DNA of 64,000 nucleotides. It comes from an uncultured virus (IMG/VR IMGVR_UViG_3300036399_001211). Lineage: Duplodnaviria; Heunggongvirae; Uroviricota; Caudoviricetes. Made by a program: the position numbers and the translations under genes. How positions within the stretch are numbered: the first letter of the stretch is position 1; each line of letters begins with the position of its first letter. This document shows, piece after piece, positions 16,590-28,000 of this stretch. The notes beneath the pieces were generated by a model. The model saw only the letters and a program-made list of their open reading frames with translations. It was not told the DNA's origin and searched no databases. The stretch lies in the IMG/VR virus record IMGVR_UViG_3300036399_001211; one strand, written 5' to 3'.

Positions 16590-18239
16590 TTATGCCTCTC
16601 CTTCGATAATGTTTCCGCTCCCGTCGATACAGTTAATCATCAGAGCTTTGCCTGAAGCGGGGGCGGTCAGCGATCGGAACCCCCCCGAAGTAACACGGCA
16701 GTTTATGAGCGTTCCTTTTAAAATGCCTTCAAACCCGCCAAATCCATCACTGCCCGCTGTGCAATTTGTAAATGTGCCACTAACCGTGCCACTAACGCCG
16801 CCGAAACCAGCATAGAGCGCGGTGCAATTTGTAAACCTTCCACTAACCTCGCTGGCTTCCATACCAAAATTAAATGCTCCACCTTCGCAATTTGTAAACG
16901 TGCCACTCACTGTGCTTAGGTAGCCTCCAAAACTATAAGCGTTAGCTTTGCAGTTTATAAAAACCCCGCTGATTATCCCGCTTGGACCGCCAAAACAATT
17001 GCTTCCACCCACACAACTTATAAAAGTTCCACTGGCGATCCCCTGGTCCTCTCCGCCAAAACTATAATTTCCGCCTATGCAGTTTTCAAAAAATTGCAAG
17101 GGCTTGTTTCCGGTAATTTTAAATTGATGCGTGCCAGCTGAAATCCCGCTTACGCGCACATTGTTGGCGCTCACATTTACTGCGCGTGTAACACCAAGTC
17201 CTTCATCAAACGTCCCTCCATCTAAAATCACGGCAGGATTTCGCGTCTGCGATCCGACCCCAATCACATCGACAAACTCGGCGTCAATCGCAAGTTCATC
17301 CGACAGCGCATAGTTACCTGGAAAAATAATAAGCGATGCGCGATTCGCAGCCGATTTAGCCGACCCATTTGGAGTCAGGGCTTTCGCCTCGGTATATTTC
17401 GCTGCAAGGCTATCTCCAGATTGAGCTATAATAACCGAAGCTGTAGAAATTTGAAAATAGTAAGCGGAATTACTTTGTATTGTAGTATAAACAGAATCCC
17501 AATTAGCACTTGTATCTTTTACACTGGTATATGTCGAATTCCATTCATCGGAATTACCATTTTTATCATAAATTGTATTATTAGAACTAATCTTACCATT
17601 TACTGTTAGTTCAACATTAGGTGTTTCTGTGTTTATTCCAACTTTTTGATCCTCTACATAAAAAGTTGTAATTAAATTATTTGGCATTATTTCAACCGAA
17701 CTTAATACATATAAATTACCAGTTATTGTTCCTCCGGTTAATGGAAGATAATTAGAACTAACATAATTTATAGAAGCATTACTAGCAGAAGTATTTAGAA
17801 CAGAAGTATAAACAGAATTCCAATCAGCAGAAGTATTTGAAACCGAAGTATAAACAGAATTCCAATCAGCAGAAGTATTTAAAACAGAAGTATAAACAGA
17901 ATTCCAATCAGCAGAAGTATTTAAAACAGAAGTATAAACAGAATTCCAATCAGCAGAAGTATTTAAAACAGAAGTATAAACAGAATTCCAATCAGCAGAA
18001 GTATTTAGAACAGAAGTATAAACAGAATTCCAATCAGCAGAAGTATTTAGAACAGAAGTATAAACAGAATTCCAATTAGAACTTAATCCTTTAACATTAT
18101 TAAAAACCGAATTTTGATCGGGATGTTTTACGTAATCAAGTAAGATTTTTTTTGTTATACCTTCTTGTACTATAGGTATAAGATCTTCCGTAACATCAAT
18201 CGTTTTGGTTTCTGGTAATTGTGATATTCTAATACCCAT
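16590..18239 (-). CDS. tail fibre/spike protein: RISQL N-terminus, 14-aa repeats, C-terminal beta-solenoid
   Basis: WNSVYTSVLNTSAD x7; YLPLTGGTITG; KVGINT; SGTFTNC..G...FG repeats. Confidence 0.8.
   Translation of the reverse strand: MGIRISQLPETKTIDVTEDLIPIVQEGITKKILLDYVKHPDQNSVFNNVKGLSSNWNSVYTSVLNTSADWNSVYTSVLNTSADWNSVYTSVLNTSADWNSVYTSVLNTSADWNSVYTSVLNTSADWNSVYTSVSNTSADWNSVYTSVLNTSASNASINYVSSNYLPLTGGTITGNLYVLSSVEIMPNNLITTFYVEDQKVGINTETPNVELTVNGKISSNNTIYDKNGNSDEWNSTYTSVKDTSANWDSVYTTIQSNSAYYFQISTASVIIAQSGDSLAAKYTEAKALTPNGSAKSAANRASLIIFPGNYALSDELAIDAEFVDVIGVGSQTRNPAVILDGGTFDEGLGVTRAVNVSANNVRVSGISAGTHQFKITGNKPLQFFENCIGGNYSFGGEDQGIASGTFISCVGGSNCFGGPSGIISGVFINCKANAYSFGGYLSTVSGTFTNCEGGAFNFGMEASEVSGRFTNCTALYAGFGGVSGTVSGTFTNCTAGSDGFGGFEGILKGTLINCRVTSGGFRSLTAPASGKALMINCIDGSGNIIEGEA
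17784..18077 (-). repeat. 42-nt tandem repeat, 7 near-identical copies, coding
   Basis: agcagaagtatttagaacagaagtataaacagaattccaatc unit on + strand. Confidence 0.95.
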
Positions 18240-18244
18240 ATAAA

Positions 18245-18685
18245 TTATTTGTTACCGTAAAAAACTTTTTCGGCTATTTTATCTATTTTTTGAGTTAGAC
18301 TATCTTCTGATTTTTCAACATTTCTTAGAGAATTCATTATTATTTCGTGTCTTAACTTCGAATCTTCTGCGCTTGCTCTAAATGAGGTAATCATTTCTTT
18401 AATAGTCTCATTTTGATTTTGTATTTGCTCTAATTGTTTTGTTATTAATGTTTTTATATTATCACTATAAACATTTAAAATTCTTTCTATATGTGCATTA
18501 TCGTCGTCGATTTTTGAACCTTTTTTCCATAGTCTATCCCCTATATTAACCAATAAATGGAAAAACCCTAAAATTCCTCCTAAAATTCCGGCTATTAATA
18601 ATATATCCGGTAAACTTACTCCGGTCAGGTTTGTTTGTTCTACTACTTCTATAGCTTGTGCAAAAATAGGATAAAAAATATTCAT
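18245..18685 (-). CDS. membrane protein, one TM plus coiled coil; possibly holin-like
   Basis: ILLIAGILGGILGFFHLLV followed by charged helical tail. Confidence 0.5.
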   Translation of the reverse strand: MNIFYPIFAQAIEVVEQTNLTGVSLPDILLIAGILGGILGFFHLLVNIGDRLWKKGSKIDDDNAHIERILNVYSDNIKTLITKQLEQIQNQNETIKEMITSFRASAEDSKLRHEIIMNSLRNVEKSEDSLTQKIDKIAEKVFYGNK

Positions 18686-18797
18686 ATCAAAAATGTAAAA
18701 CTACTTATCTTTTAATATAGGTTAAATTCATTATTTTCGATCATGTGTTATAAATATTTAAAATAAAAAACCCAGTTAAGAAGAGCTAAATATTTAT

Positions 18798-19802
18798 ATG
18801 CCAGAACAGATTAACATTTTAAAAAATTATTCATTTAATAAAAATAATATAACTGGTAATTTTCCTATTCTTGTCGGCGATCCTTCCTTATGCGATTTTT
18901 CATTTTTCAATAGTTTATTATATGGTAGTGACATTAGTAATGATACCATTGTAAATTTACCTTCTTTAAATACGCCTAAGAGTCTTTTAAATTTAGATGA
19001 ATCTTGTGCTTGTGAAAATTTAATTCAGGTTGACGATGATTGTTATTTTAGTGGTGGTAGCGCATTTATATATTTTGATGATATAATGTTACCTACCCCA
19101 ACCCCGACACCAACAAGAACACCGACCCCGACACCAACAAGAACACCGACCCCGACACCAACAAATACACCTACAAATACACCTACAGTTACTCCTACTG
19201 CTACCCCAACTTTAACTCCTACTCCTACTCCTTTACCAACGAATACACCCACAAATACTCCTACGGTAACACCTACTAGAACTCCAAGTCCTACACCTAC
19301 TAGAACTCCAAGTCCTACACCTACTAATACACCAACAGGCACACCAACCAGAACACCTACTAATACACCAACAGGCACACCGACCAGAACGCCTACTAAT
19401 ACACCAACCAGAACGCCTACTAATACACCAACTCCCGTAATTTATACTTGTGATAATAAACCAAAACATACTGTTGTGGGTAATGCTTTTGTAAATAATA
19501 TATTTGTAGATACTATTGCTGGAGCATATATCGATAAAAATTTAATAAGAAGTACTTCGGGACAATGTTTATATGTTTCTTCTCACCATTATAGTATTCC
19601 AAGCGGACTAACATATACAAATATGGCAACAACCGCAACTAATGGATATTATATAGGAAACGTTAATGGTTCAATAAGAAATAGAGGTGTATATAAATTT
19701 ATTGTAATAACATATATTGAATGCGCTAGAAAGCATTATACATCTCAAGGCGTAAAAGCAACCGATACTTTATATACATGTGTTACTATAAATGTTAGGT
19801 AA
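18798..19802 (+). CDS. putative virion protein with ~115-aa Pro/Thr tract and C-terminal Ig-like domain
   Basis: PT tract ~19090..19436; IPSGLT...G..YKFIV; TAAATA upstream. Confidence 0.75.
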   Translation: MPEQINILKNYSFNKNNITGNFPILVGDPSLCDFSFFNSLLYGSDISNDTIVNLPSLNTPKSLLNLDESCACENLIQVDDDCYFSGGSAFIYFDDIMLPTPTPTPTRTPTPTPTRTPTPTPTNTPTNTPTVTPTATPTLTPTPTPLPTNTPTNTPTVTPTRTPSPTPTRTPSPTPTNTPTGTPTRTPTNTPTGTPTRTPTNTPTRTPTNTPTPVIYTCDNKPKHTVVGNAFVNNIFVDTIAGAYIDKNLIRSTSGQCLYVSSHHYSIPSGLTYTNMATTATNGYYIGNVNGSIRNRGVYKFIVITYIECARKHYTSQGVKATDTLYTCVTINVR

Positions 19803-19814
19803 ATAATTAAACCA

Positions 19815-22800
19815 ATGAATTTAAATACAAACAATCCTTATACATTTAAAGAATGGACATCTTTACAGGCTATTGATGTCTCTGAAAATTCTTATAGTAA
19901 ATATAAAACATATTTAAAATCATGGTATAATAACAGAAATATTTTCTATTCACAAACAACAAAAACATTAAAAGATAACTATATAAAACTTTTAAAAGAT
20001 TTATTATATTTGTTTTCTGAGGAAGAAAAAAACAAATTTTTAACGGATATAGAATTTGATAAAGATGATGATATAATATATAATATTCCTTTTTTTGTTA
20101 AAAAAATAAAAGATATATCTAGAGTTTTAATAGATAAAAGAGAAAACATAAAAAACTCAAAGGTTAAATATAATTCCATAGGATCTAATTTAGGGTTAGA
20201 AAATATTTTATATGAATTTGTATTAAAAAATTTAACAAAAAAAGAAAATGGTATAACCCAAATTCCTACATCAAAAATACAACAATATTTACCTAACCTT
20301 TCTGATGTTAAAGACGATTTTTATATAGAAATAGAAGAATTACATGATCCTAATGCATATTTTGATTCTGATCCATCCGTGTATATTTCCGAATATGAAA
20401 ATATAGAGAATATAGTCTCAGAAATTCCTTTCGAAAATTTAACAGAGGGGGAATTGTTTAATATATTAACCACTAGATTTTTTGAAAAAGTTTCTTCTGA
20501 TGGATTGTCTAAAAAATTTCAAGAGTATTCGGAAATAGATCTTTTAAGTGGCAGTAATATATCAAATTATTCCGCTGAATTAACAAGAAGATATTTGGGT
20601 GAAACTGTTTATAGTCTGACCGCTATTAGATTAAAGGAAGTAAATACACCAGATTTTCGATTTTCCTTAGATATACAAGACGGAAACAATTGGTTTTATT
20701 GGCCTAGTGGAAATAAATCTTTTAGATTAGATGATTTTTCAAATTTTTATGAACCTATAATATTAAATAATTCTTCTTTTTTATCATCTGGAGCAACCAC
20801 AGGAACCGACTACACAAATTCTGATTTATTATTTATTGAAAAAAATGGTTTAGTTGAGGGTGCATGGCTTCAAGGGGATAAAATACATGAAATTAATGAT
20901 ACAATGTCATTAAAAATATTAGCCGGTGAGACTAAAGAATTTATATATCCTTTTTGTGGATTTGAACTTTCTGAAATAGGAACCAATTTTAAAAATTATT
21001 TTTTAACCGACGAGTATTTAAAAAATTTTTACTTTTTAGATAAAATAAAGCAAAGAGAAATTTTAGAAAATTATTATAATTCCGAAATTCCTAATATTTC
21101 TATAGAAAATATATATATTAATAATACAACATTAGTTAAATCTAATGCCCATCCTCAAACTCTATCAGATTCTTCAGATATTATAATAAAACAGCCCGAT
21201 TATAGAAATATTCAAAACATACATTCTGATAATAGGGACGGTAAAACCGAAGCTGCTTTTTTATATAAAATACAAAAAACCGATTTGCCGATATTAGGAG
21301 GATTGACGTATATATATTGGCCATATTTAACCTATGAACCAAATGATAATATACCGATAACAATTTTACAAGATACGTGTGTTCCTATAACCTTAAAGGA
21401 ATTATCTGTAAATAATTTTACTGGTTCTGTCGCTGGATTTAATTTTGATACTTCTGATATAATTTATAAATTAAATACAAGAACCGGAGAACCGATTGAA
21501 GCGGCTTATTTAAAAAGTAGTTCTACTGATAATTTAGATCAATTTTATAAAAATATAAATATATATGATAGTGCCGCAACAAAATGTACTAAGTATGTGG
21601 CTGGACCTATACAATCATCTTTAAGTTTTAAAGCGAACGCTGGTGAAAAAATATCTTTTATATGGGGAGATGTTGATACGTATGCTGATGATGTTTTTAA
21701 ATTCTACGAACATTCTGATTCTTGTCCGTTTAAAGAAAATTCGAGTGATTTATACCCAGATCAAGATTTTGTAAACAATCAACCTATAAATAATAGAAAA
21801 AATTGGACTAAATGTACTTGTAAATCGGTTATATTTTCTCCTATAGGTCATGCTGGTGACAGTGTATATGATTTTAATGGAATGGCTGATGTTTTATTCC
21901 ATGATGTTGATGGTATAGGTTCTAATTTTACATTTAATAACTGGACTGATAGCAGAGGTCTTACTATTGAAGAAAGTCCACAATTTTCTTTTTATAAATT
22001 AACAGATACTACTAAAAGTGTAGGGTGGGGTAAAGGTTTTTGGAAAACCGGATCGGGTGATAGAATGGTTTTAAAAACCGGAAGACGATATACTTATTGG
22101 AGAACTTCATTAAGATTGGATGTCGGAAATGCAACATCTCCGTATTATGTAATAAAATATAATTACAAAGATATAAAAGGTTATCATAGTGACTCGTCTT
22201 GTAGCACTGATTTAAAAGGCGATGTTGTTATATTATTGGATATGTCTAGAAGTCAAGCCAATGTATTTGAACAAAATAAAAGGGTTATCTCTTCTTTTTA
22301 TAAACAATTATTAAGCGATACTGCATTAGATTATAAAATTTCTATTGTAGCATTTTCTAAAGATTCCTATGTTGTTAGTTATCTGACCAAAGAATATGGA
22401 GAAATAGATATCACATTAAATCGAGTAGATATGCCAACAAAATATCCAGATTTTGTTACAAATTTATACGATGGTCTAGCGATGTCTAAATACATATTGA
22501 CCGAATCTCAGATAATTGATCCTAATGTTAAAACCTATACAACAAATTTAAAAAATTTATGTAAAGACGTAAAAAAAGAAATTGTAATGGGATCTAGTTC
22601 GGCCGTTTATTCTATTAATGATCCTAGACCAGATGCAAAAAAGAAAATAATAATATTTAGTGATGGTGACGTAACAACATTAAGAGATATTAATGGTAAG
22701 GTTTATGATGGTAAAACTATAAGACAATACATTAAAGACGAATTTAAAAATTTTGATATCCAAGCAATCGATGTGGGAGAATATTCGACATCAAATACAT

Positions 22801-24386
22801 TGATGGAACAAATTGTATTACCCAATAAACAAAATTATTTTAATTTGCAAAAATATTTAGTTAATGGTGATGGCGACATAAAGACCTTTGTTGAATATTT
22901 GATTCAAAGAACAATTAACGACAAATGTGGACCTATAACACCTAGATGGAAAAAAGCGGTTAAAAACAATTTAGGGCAATGGATAAATTCTGATGAAGAA
23001 AGCGATATGGTTATCAGACCGGGTGATTATTTGGCTTATGTCCATAGACCATCTGTACTATATAGTGGACTAAGTGAAGAATTTGAAATACCTTCTATTG
23101 ATTTTACCATTAATGCTAAATTAAATGGTTGGGATTATGAATCAAATTCTTTTTCTCCTGTAGCCGTAGGAGAATCTTTTGGTGCTAAACCATTTTGGGC
23201 TAAAGTATATACAGATATCGATTACAATAATATATTCAATAAAGAAACCTCTATGTTTGCTGGACATTTAAGATTTAAAAATGATTATGTTCCTCTAACA
23301 CAACCAGAGATGTCATCGATTAAACTAGAAAAGGGAAATCTTTTAACATATAAAAGAAGAAAAGAAGTATCTTTAAGATGGAATCAACCATTATTTTATA
23401 CTAAAAGAGAAACAATAAATCAATGGAAAAAATTAGAATTTAAAAAAATCCCATCAAATTTAAACGCGATGTTAAAAAATAATAGCATAGAAAAATATGC
23501 TGTTGCTACTGAAATTGACAGTGATATAAATTTAGAAAGTTATTCCTCATTTGCTCCTACGAAATATAACTATTATGCTAGAAAATCTTTTACCTATAAT
23601 GAAAATTTAAATTACGTAGACAGAGATTTAAATTCGTTTGTAGTTTATAACACAGGTGTATATTTAGAACCCGAAAACCCTTATTCGAATTTGTTAAATG
23701 TGAATTTTCCCACTGTTGCAATAACACAATTCCCTAAAAATTTAATAAGTAAAAAACAAATAGGTCATTATTTATTACCAGAAAGATTGGGATCTTCTTT
23801 TTATTTAGGAAAAGGATATACTTCAGAGATTTCCAATACAAAACTTGATTTAATTGATTCTTTAAGTGCTGAAAGAATTTATTACGATCTTAATAAATAC
23901 AGCGGTAGATATAGAGGACTAAGTAAAAAAGACCAAATTACTATAACATCTGTAAAAGAAATCGACAACCATTGGATTTCTGATTATATTTATAATTCAA
24001 ATAAATCAGGTATGATAAAATCTCCTGCAAAATATCAAAAATTTGTACCTTATCATACCGACTACGAGATAAAAGATAAACAATATTATGGTTTATCTAG
24101 ACAAGATGATGATATGGAATTGTGGTTTCCGGTTGAACCTATAAATTGGAAAGATACTAATATAAAATTAAATTTTAAAAAACAAATATCACTGGAAAAC
24201 TTTTTACTTAGAGTTAAAGGACAAATGTGTAATCTAGGTGTAATGTGTGATTGGAAAACAGATATATATGGAAATGAATTTGGTACATTTAAGAGTTTCA
24301 ATCCTTCTATGTTAACCGAAGATTATTCCATAATGTATACTCAATTTTATGATGCAATAGAAATAGATCAATTGGATGAATTATAA
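19815..24386 (+). CDS. large virion/baseplate-associated protein with vWA domain
   Basis: DVVILLDMSRSQ (MIDAS DxSxS) and IIIFSDG. Confidence 0.8.
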   Translation: MNLNTNNPYTFKEWTSLQAIDVSENSYSKYKTYLKSWYNNRNIFYSQTTKTLKDNYIKLLKDLLYLFSEEEKNKFLTDIEFDKDDDIIYNIPFFVKKIKDISRVLIDKRENIKNSKVKYNSIGSNLGLENILYEFVLKNLTKKENGITQIPTSKIQQYLPNLSDVKDDFYIEIEELHDPNAYFDSDPSVYISEYENIENIVSEIPFENLTEGELFNILTTRFFEKVSSDGLSKKFQEYSEIDLLSGSNISNYSAELTRRYLGETVYSLTAIRLKEVNTPDFRFSLDIQDGNNWFYWPSGNKSFRLDDFSNFYEPIILNNSSFLSSGATTGTDYTNSDLLFIEKNGLVEGAWLQGDKIHEINDTMSLKILAGETKEFIYPFCGFELSEIGTNFKNYFLTDEYLKNFYFLDKIKQREILENYYNSEIPNISIENIYINNTTLVKSNAHPQTLSDSSDIIIKQPDYRNIQNIHSDNRDGKTEAAFLYKIQKTDLPILGGLTYIYWPYLTYEPNDNIPITILQDTCVPITLKELSVNNFTGSVAGFNFDTSDIIYKLNTRTGEPIEAAYLKSSSTDNLDQFYKNINIYDSAATKCTKYVAGPIQSSLSFKANAGEKISFIWGDVDTYADDVFKFYEHSDSCPFKENSSDLYPDQDFVNNQPINNRKNWTKCTCKSVIFSPIGHAGDSVYDFNGMADVLFHDVDGIGSNFTFNNWTDSRGLTIEESPQFSFYKLTDTTKSVGWGKGFWKTGSGDRMVLKTGRRYTYWRTSLRLDVGNATSPYYVIKYNYKDIKGYHSDSSCSTDLKGDVVILLDMSRSQANVFEQNKRVISSFYKQLLSDTALDYKISIVAFSKDSYVVSYLTKEYGEIDITLNRVDMPTKYPDFVTNLYDGLAMSKYILTESQIIDPNVKTYTTNLKNLCKDVKKEIVMGSSSAVYSINDPRPDAKKKIIIFSDGDVTTLRDINGKVYDGKTIRQYIKDEFKNFDIQAIDVGEYSTSNTLMEQIVLPNKQNYFNLQKYLVNGDGDIKTFVEYLIQRTINDKCGPITPRWKKAVKNNLGQWINSDEESDMVIRPGDYLAYVHRPSVLYSGLSEEFEIPSIDFTINAKLNGWDYESNSFSPVAVGESFGAKPFWAKVYTDIDYNNIFNKETSMFAGHLRFKNDYVPLTQPEMSSIKLEKGNLLTYKRRKEVSLRWNQPLFYTKRETINQWKKLEFKKIPSNLNAMLKNNSIEKYAVATEIDSDINLESYSSFAPTKYNYYARKSFTYNENLNYVDRDLNSFVVYNTGVYLEPENPYSNLLNVNFPTVAITQFPKNLISKKQIGHYLLPERLGSSFYLGKGYTSEISNTKLDLIDSLSAERIYYDLNKYSGRYRGLSKKDQITITSVKEIDNHWISDYIYNSNKSGMIKSPAKYQKFVPYHTDYEIKDKQYYGLSRQDDDMELWFPVEPINWKDTNIKLNFKKQISLENFLLRVKGQMCNLGVMCDWKTDIYGNEFGTFKSFNPSMLTEDYSIMYTQFYDAIEIDQLDEL

Positions 24387-24392
24387 TATATT

Positions 24393-25058
24393 ATGTTAAC
24401 TATATACGAAAAACAAAATACTATTGGTGAAGCTTGGTTTAAAACAGCAAAAGGTAAAAAATTTTATATGCATCAAGCATTGTCAGCTTTTTATGAAAAA
24501 TATTTTTTTATTTCAGAAGATTTTGCATCCCAATTTAAAGATAACAGTATTAAAAGATTAGATATTATAGAAGATAATCTAATATTAGAAACAAATAATG
24601 GATTTTTTATAGAAAAATATGAGATTATAAATAACGCACCATTTCCATTAAACTATCAAAATAATTTCACATCTCTTTCTTCCAACAATACTATAACTTA
24701 TTGGTATGATGAGATTGATAGAGAATTAAAAACATTTCAGGCTCAAATTTCATCTTATCATGATAATGCAAATCAAATGGTATTAACCTTTAAAAATTAT
24801 AATATTGATATTGGAGAATATACAAGAAAAAATATATTCTCTTTTTCTTTGTCTGGAGAATCTATTAGTTCTATAGATTGTTTTAAATCTTGTTATAATG
24901 TAGATACAAACACATATAATATAACATTTTTATTTAATGATGACAACTTATATACTTCCAATTTAAAATTTAAGAAAAATTGGGAAATTGATAGCGTTTT
25001 TTTAATAGTACCAAAAAACAATTTTATTTTTTTAAATGATTTTCAAAAATTTGAATAA
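24393..25058 (+). CDS. hypothetical structural-region protein
   Basis: 221-aa ORF in operon. Confidence 0.75.
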   Translation: MLTIYEKQNTIGEAWFKTAKGKKFYMHQALSAFYEKYFFISEDFASQFKDNSIKRLDIIEDNLILETNNGFFIEKYEIINNAPFPLNYQNNFTSLSSNNTITYWYDEIDRELKTFQAQISSYHDNANQMVLTFKNYNIDIGEYTRKNIFSFSLSGESISSIDCFKSCYNVDTNTYNITFLFNDDNLYTSNLKFKKNWEIDSVFLIVPKNNFIFLNDFQKFE

Positions 25059-25066
25059 ATATTTAA

Positions 25067-28000
25067 GTGCCACAATTTACAATTTTAAATTCATTTTCAA
25101 GTATAAATCTATATGATTTTGAATTTCAACCTATTTCTAATGGTTATGATTTAAAAAAAGAAAAAGTATTATTTGATAACGGATTAAAGTTTTATCTATA
25201 TAATTTTTTAAGACGTCCTAAAGATTTATCGTTTAATAATAAAACCGGATTTTTTTTAACAGATTTATATACCAATTCCGATATATTTGAATTTGAGGAA
25301 CCACGCGAAACTGTTTTAGAAGAGATAGAAAGTCCGTTAATAAATTTAGATGGTAATATATTTAAAGTACAATTAAGTAGTTTGTATATATCTAATTTTG
25401 ACGCAGCAAACAAAAACGACAATTTAAAATTTATATTTAAAGATGATTATGTAAAAATTTTAAATATAGAAAACAATTATTTAACCTGTAATGAATATTT
25501 AACCGAAGTAAAATTTTCATACAATGTTGTTGGTTCGGATTTACAAAAATTTGATTATATTCTAAACGATGACAATATATTATTATTTGCTTATAATACA
25601 AACAAATCAAAATATATAGATGCTTCTACAGATCCTATATCTATAAAAACACATAGTTTTAATGAAGCTTTTTTTAATAATAAAAAATATTATTTTGGTT
25701 TTTATTCTTATAGGAAATCAAAATCTGAATTAAAATCAAATAAAGAATTCTTAGTTAGATATGATAATGATCCTATAGAAAATTCTCCTGATCAATTAAA
25801 ATATATAGAAGACGAAAATTCAAAATCATACGAACAAAATTATATGTTAATGTTTCCGTATGAATATCAAATAAATTCAAAATATCCTTTTTATTTACAT
25901 GCTTTAAAAAATTATCAAACGCCTGAATATGAATATAGTAATGGGTATAGTGGATATGAAAATAAATGGATAAGAAGAAAGTACGAAAAAATATTTACCG
26001 GAACAAACCAAGATGGTGGTTATGAAAACGTTTATTTGGATTATGTAACAAAAACTAAAATTGTTAGATTTGAAACCGATAAATTCACTAAATTTTTCTA
26101 TCCTATTTTTGGTGATAAAATACACATACAAGATTCTGGTTTGATTGAGGATGGTGCTAATGCCGGAAAAATACCATTTGAATCTGACAAGGTATTTTTA
26201 AATAAAATGAACTATTCTGAGGTAATTCCAGTTTTAGATAGTTTACCCAAGCAAAGTTTTACAAAATATGATAATACTTGGGCTTGTGCATGGTTGAGTG
26301 CAAATGAAGCAGGAGATAAGATTTGGATGGATCGTTATTATAATGCTGCTTATTATACTTATGACGCCGCTTTAACTTCTTATAGGAGTTATTATGAAAA
26401 GTATGATCCATCTAAAGAGTATGTTTGGGATGAACCGTCTAAGATGTATTTCGAACCGGGTGTGCGATATATGTATTATCGTGTTGGTGAAGAAACACTA
26501 AAAAAATATTTAGATTCTTTTGTAAACAGTGAAGACGAAAACGGAAATACTTTATTATTGCATGTGGACAAATGGAACTCTACCGAATTAAAAGACAGTT
26601 CGAATTATAAAAATGATGGATTTTTATTTTATAATGATAATGATGAAAATTTAAAAGGGGATTATTTGGTATTGGATGGAAAAAATCATGCGGTTTTTCC
26701 TTCCAGTGAAACTTTATTGAACACCGAACAATTCACCGTAAATTTGTGGATAAATGTTAAAGATTGGAGTAAAATTGAAGGTAAACAGATTTTTGGAAAC
26801 TTTTATGATAGTGGGTATGGTCTTTTAAATGGTTCCTCTTTAACCGCTCCCGTTTTTACATTATCAGAAAATACAAGTGCTTTGGCTATAACATCTAATT
26901 ATAAGATTAACATTATCAATACAACACCTTTATCTGTTTTAACAAATAGAAAAAATAAAATAATACAAAGACTTTCAAATTTTGATTGTTGGATTTTTGA
27001 TTGTTTTAATTTAGTGGCTACGAAATATGATATAGAAGGAAAAATTTTAAATGTTACTAGTAATTCTGATAACTTAAAGTTATTTTTAAATGAAATAACT
27101 CAAGTGGAAATGGATGAATACGAAAACTTATATTTATATGATAAAAATACTAAATATGTGGTCGTGCTAAATCCTAATGGAGAAATGTTAAGACACAGTT
27201 ATTTAGGATCTCAAGGATTTCAAATAAACTTTAACAATGACATAGTATTAACCGATAGTGATATTTCCGCGATAGATAGTGGTGGTATTATATGGGAAGC
27301 TCTTGGTAATAATTTATATAAAGATAAAAAAATATATGGAACTGTTGGAGTGATAAATCAAATTAGTTTTGATGATTTAGATAATCTTTGGATATTACAC
27401 GATCAAGATAAAGTTACAAAATTAAATACTAAAAAAGATTTATTCGAATTCACATATAGATTAGGAATACGTACAAATTTAGCCGAAAACGAATGTTTGG
27501 TTTCCTTTATAAAAGAAAATAAAACAATTAGAACTATAAATTTTTTAAGAATTCCAAAAAATTCTAATGGTGATATCCATGATGTCGCGGTAATAATAGA
27601 TATTTTTGAAAAGCAATGTTATATAATGGATCAAAAGGGAAAACTTTTAAATAAAATTCCATTGAGGGCTTTTACGGAAAATCCAACGTTTCAATTTTAT
27701 GCTGAAGGAGATTTTACCGGATATCAATATTTAAGAAAATTCGAAAGTTCTGGTAGTTATTTTAGTTGGAAATTTAAATTAGCGCAACCTAATAGTTTAG
27801 ATAGTAGATTATATAATTTAAATTATAAAACAGAAAATCTTTATAAAGGATGGCATCAATTTACATTTGTATTTGATTCTATAAATGGATACGCAAAAAG
27901 TTTAATAGACGGTATAGAAGTAGAGAGAGCCGATTTTGATAAAGAAAAATACAGTATATATTTTAATTATAAATCAAATTTATTGTTGGGGGTAGCGTCG

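Noticed and set aside
17784..18077. Possible CRISPR array
   Set aside because: Units are contiguous with no unique spacers and are in frame within a CDS
17837..18079. KQKYKQNSNQQKYL repeat ORF, and similarly 12991..13278
   Set aside because: Alternative-frame readings of coding tandem repeats
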